A DNA stretch of 64,000 bases from an uncultured Fibrobacteraceae bacterium (GTDB lineage Bacteria; Krumholzibacteriota; Krumholzibacteriia; LZORAL124-64-63). Every line of letters begins with the position of its first letter. Position 1 is the stretch's first letter. Positions 61,014-64,000 of this stretch are shown piece after piece. Under the pieces are notes generated by a model. It had not been told where the DNA came from, did not search any database, and saw only the letters and a program-made list of their open reading frames with translations. The stretch is from contig CAZJWO010000003.1 of NCBI GenBank assembly GCA_964549735.1, positions 4,829-68,828 on the forward strand. The letters are read 5' to 3'. The position numbers and the translations under genes are program-made.

Positions 61014-63287
61014 ATGGAACATAAGACGAAAGCTTGGGTGGTTTTGACAGTTGCTACCAGTATCTTGTTAGGTACATCACCATCCTATTCAGCAACATGG
61101 ACTGTACCCACCGTGGAATGCCCCACCTTTGTTGCCGCATTAGATTCTGCAAGAGGGGGCGATATAATTGAATTGGAGTGCGGGGTATATGACTTTTGTG
61201 GAGCCATCATTACAGAACAATATGACCTATATCCCGGCATTACGATTCGAAGTGTGACAGGCGATCCAGAGTGTGTCGAGATGCGTTCGACCCAGCCTTG
61301 CGCATATACGTTCTACTTCATTGGAAACCAGACAGCTCATCATACCATTCAGGGTATAACATTCACTGGCGATGGGGATTCTCAGGATGGTGTTAAAGCA
61401 GGCGGCCAGTACATCACGGTAGATATTGAGAATTGTACTTTTAAGGACTGTCGATACGGAGCGACCCTAACTTATGGCGGCTCCGTTCACGGCTCCACAT
61501 TTGTAAATAATCGCGGTTCCATTGGTGGAAGTTGGCCGATAGAGATTTCGAATTGCTTAATCGCGAACAATCTTTACGGGCCAAATTGGTCACATGATTT
61601 TACGGTGGAGTGTACCAACATATTTGGAAATTTCTATAGCAACTGGGAGAACGTAGGCTGTTCGCAGCCTGGGCTGGATGGCAATATTTCGGAGGATCCC
61701 GAGTTTTGTGATTACGACAATCAGGATTTTTCCCTCACAGACGAATCCCCATGCGCTCCGGCAAATTCTGGCTGTGGATTGATCGGGTCACTTCCTGTTG
61801 GCTGCGCTTCCCCACCGGAGTATGAAGTTGTCTCGATAACGCCAGATCTAGGCTACTACGAGAACGGCGTTGACCAGGTGAATCTGACGGCCAGCATTCG
61901 AAATAACAGCGGAATCACGTATCCCTCCCTCGTCGCCGAAGTCCGAGGGGCCAATGGATTCTCGGAAGAGGTCTATACGACATTTGTGAGCCTGCCAGCC
62001 GGTCAAGTGACGTCAGTGCCAATCAGTTTCACCGCGCCGGACCCTGGCGCGTCGTTAGAGTACGACGTCGTCCTGACGATCGATGGCGTACATTATACCT
62101 ATCACGATGCTTTTGTGGGTACTGCGGTGCCACGAGAAGAAGTCGAGATTGCTTGGGTGGCCGCCGATGAGTGCTGGATGGATGAAGACCGTGAATGCCT
62201 TGCATACGCGTTGTCGGTCATCCCATTCGTTTCCATCGGAACTCATGCGGCGCTCTTGGCGGAGCATATGTGCGAAGCCGCCATCTACAGAAATACGGGG
62301 CGAATGGAGGAAAGTTGGGCCGCCATGAGGTTGGCCATAGGCCATGGGGTATGGTCCTACATCGGGATGATCCCGGGCTTGGGAGAGGTTGGCTGGGTGC
62401 TTACGGCCGCTGACGCTCAAGGCTCCGCGGCAGATTGGGCGGAACGCTGTTATGATGAAGAATTCGAAGCCTACGAAGGGACCATGAAGGCTTCTTTGGA
62501 TGACACCGTCAGTACAATGGGTGCGTGGTTCTCGAGCGCTGTTGACTCCTTGGATGCTTCCATTGCAGATATCGTGCTGGCAAGAGGGGATTTGCTCCAC
62601 TGGGTGGAAGCCGATAGTAGTTGGGCTCGAGAGGACTCGCTAGGGCTGCGATATGCACACATTTCGCGGATCTTCGAAGATGTGGTGATGTCTCAAACGA
62701 CCCCGAACTTGCACCGAATCGGGTTCGACGAAACAAACAATCCGATGAGCCTGATCGAATATCATTGGGAAGCCCAATCGGCACATGATTTCGATGCTGG
62801 GCTTCTGCATTCGATGTATGACGGGACGAAAGTCTGGGCGAGATTTGACCCGGTCTCGATCCCCTCGGGATCGCATCTGAGACTCACGGTGTGCGACACG
62901 ACCACGGTCTTTCAATTGCTGATCGACGATGAGAACGACGGTGTATTCGACCGATCTGTCTACGCGAATGGATACGTGCCGGTATCAGTAGTCGAAGACC
63001 TACCTGCCCATCGTTTGTCTTTAACCTGCTTTCCGAATCCGTTCAACCCGCATACAACGATCGTGTACGAAGCCATAGCTGGCGACCATACAGAGTTGGC
63101 AATCTACGATATGGCCGGTCGCCTTGTTCGTGTGTTGGTCGACGAATCGGCGTCGGTCAGCGGACGCCAGGAGGTTGTTTGGAATGGTCGCGATAATCGG
63201 GGGAGGCTTTCGGCAGCGGGGGTCTACTTCTGCAACCTGAAGTCGGGCGGACATTCGGAGATGGAGAAACTCGTTCTAGTCAAATGA
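61014..63287 (+). CDS. Secreted right-handed beta-helix protein with T9SS (Por) C-terminal sorting domain
   Basis: Signal peptide MEHKTKAWVVLTVATSILLGTSPSYSA. Repeated NCxFxxC / NN beta-helix motifs. C-terminus ...CFPNPFNPHTTIVYEAIAGDHTELAIYDMAGRLVRVL...GVYFCNLKSGGHSEMEKLVLVK. Confidence 0.8.
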   Translation: MEHKTKAWVVLTVATSILLGTSPSYSATWTVPTVECPTFVAALDSARGGDIIELECGVYDFCGAIITEQYDLYPGITIRSVTGDPECVEMRSTQPCAYTFYFIGNQTAHHTIQGITFTGDGDSQDGVKAGGQYITVDIENCTFKDCRYGATLTYGGSVHGSTFVNNRGSIGGSWPIEISNCLIANNLYGPNWSHDFTVECTNIFGNFYSNWENVGCSQPGLDGNISEDPEFCDYDNQDFSLTDESPCAPANSGCGLIGSLPVGCASPPEYEVVSITPDLGYYENGVDQVNLTASIRNNSGITYPSLVAEVRGANGFSEEVYTTFVSLPAGQVTSVPISFTAPDPGASLEYDVVLTIDGVHYTYHDAFVGTAVPREEVEIAWVAADECWMDEDRECLAYALSVIPFVSIGTHAALLAEHMCEAAIYRNTGRMEESWAAMRLAIGHGVWSYIGMIPGLGEVGWVLTAADAQGSAADWAERCYDEEFEAYEGTMKASLDDTVSTMGAWFSSAVDSLDASIADIVLARGDLLHWVEADSSWAREDSLGLRYAHISRIFEDVVMSQTTPNLHRIGFDETNNPMSLIEYHWEAQSAHDFDAGLLHSMYDGTKVWARFDPVSIPSGSHLRLTVCDTTTVFQLLIDDENDGVFDRSVYANGYVPVSVVEDLPAHRLSLTCFPNPFNPHTTIVYEAIAGDHTELAIYDMAGRLVRVLVDESASVSGRQEVVWNGRDNRGRLSAAGVYFCNLKSGGHSEMEKLVLVK

Positions 63288-63308
63288 GTTGGAAGCATGT
63301 GGCGAATG

Positions 63309-63334
63309 CGACCCGAATTCGCGGGTCGATTTCT
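63309..63334 (+). terminator. Hairpin CGACCCG-aattcg-CGGGTCG followed by ATTTC after the T9SS-cargo gene
   Basis: 7-bp GC-rich stem seen directly. The U-tract is weak. Confidence 0.3.
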
Positions 63335-63582
63335 GGCGCGATTCAGTGTTCAGTTGGTAGCACCAAGTTGGGCAAAGTACACCAAGGGTCGATTCGGAAG
63401 GCCCCGTCGACATGATCGCTATAATCTCGCTATTGGCATCAGCAACGGGAACGCCAGAAGCATTGCAGTCAGTGGGGCCAATTGTAGGTACGACAGTAGA
63501 ACCAACAAATCTGGCTTCTACTGCAACTGATTCGTTACGCAGAATATTGCCTGACGGAGACGCGTCGCTCGCGATTGATGCG

Positions 63583-64000
63583 ATGAAAAGCGAATATATT
63601 CAGATACTAGAAAAGACAAATCAGCAGCTCAGTCTATGGCTAAATCCCTATGGGGTTATGGTTGGTGCGCTGGGTGTATTGTTCGCGATTCTCGCAGTCG
63701 TGGCAACAGTATTGATCTGGCGCCAAAGCGAGGACCACAAGAAGACCGTTCAGAAATCTATCGATGAACAAGAGAAGCTAATGAAAGCGCTCTTTAAGTC
63801 CGAAGTTGAGGCCATGGAGAATAGAGTTTTTGCACAGATAGAAGATCAGAACAGTAAGCAGCAGAAAGATAGCGAAGAAAGACGTGAAGAGATACATTAC
63901 AAGTTCGAGACTCTACAGAATGATCTTAGAAAACTAAAGAGATTGAGAAATGCACGCGCGTTGTATACGTCGGGAGGACTTACAGATGAAGATTGGGATA
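63583..64000 (+). CDS. 5' part of a low-GC gene for a membrane-anchored coiled-coil protein (partial, runs off the right edge)
   Basis: Open frame from ATG 63583 to the window end. TM helix (VMVGALGVLFAILAVVATVLIW) then a charged coiled-coil. GC is ~45%. Confidence 0.4.
   Translation, partial: MKSEYIQILEKTNQQLSLWLNPYGVMVGALGVLFAILAVVATVLIWRQSEDHKKTVQKSIDEQEKLMKALFKSEVEAMENRVFAQIEDQNSKQQKDSEERREEIHYKFETLQNDLRKLKRLRNARALYTSGGLTDEDWD

Overview
This is a GC-rich (~65%) bacterial chromosomal window. The high-GC sequence yields many long antisense or frame-shifted ORFs that I treat as spurious, for example the 1354-aa ORF at 42012..46076 on the + strand. The host is probably an FCB-group or Gemmatimonadota-like organism, because the gene at 61014..63287 ends in a classic T9SS (Por) C-terminal sorting domain.

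The window is a mosaic accessory region, with these parts:
- (i) 2..169 holds the 3' end of an unknown gene. It is followed by a tRNA-like T-arm and CCA fragment.
- (ii) A ~300-bp structured repeat element beginning GGGGAGCCA sits at 211..511. It recurs as 1.6 tandem copies at 60423..60925, so it brackets ~60 kb.
- (iii) A copper-resistance cluster lies on the minus strand at 531..5773. It contains a DUF302 protein, a membrane c-type cytochrome, a CopA P1B-ATPase with YHS/TRASH and CPxH-zinc-ribbon N-terminal domains, a putative outer-membrane barrel, a Met/His-rich periplasmic protein and a DUF3347-like protein.
- (iv) A ~49-kb prophage occupies ~6.3..55.5 kb.
- (v) A low-GC restriction-modification island lies at 55.7..60.2 kb. 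It has an RHH controller-like protein, a gamma-class N6A methyltransferase, a second methyltransferase and a PLD-family REase.
- (vi) A T9SS-sorted beta-helix protein gene and the start of a low-GC membrane/coiled-coil gene lie at the right edge.

The prophage contains:
- A DUF2924 protein followed by a large serine recombinase.
- A two-gene low-GC cassette of unknown function (8922..11025).
- A phage sigma factor.
- A Sak4-type recombination module (PD-(D/E)XK nuclease, Sak4 ATPase, DUF669, RusA).
- An SF2 helicase and a Prim-Pol primase.
- A GGTGAAA iteron cluster.
- A mer-like metal module with no merA in the window (MerR, a Trx-like protein, a MerT-MerP fusion).
- Packaging genes (TerS, GpA-like TerL, a ParB-methyltransferase).
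- A cus/czc RND efflux pump plus two CDF transporters and a P-II protein, carried as tail-distal cargo.
- A GTA-like/siphovirus tail module with a visible -1 frameshift site in the tail chaperone.
- An HK97 protease-capsid fusion, divergent (P2-like) from a lambda-type portal gene across a perfect 33-bp palindrome.
- A GH108 endolysin and a holin.

All annotations come from reading the translations and sequence directly. No database searches were possible.
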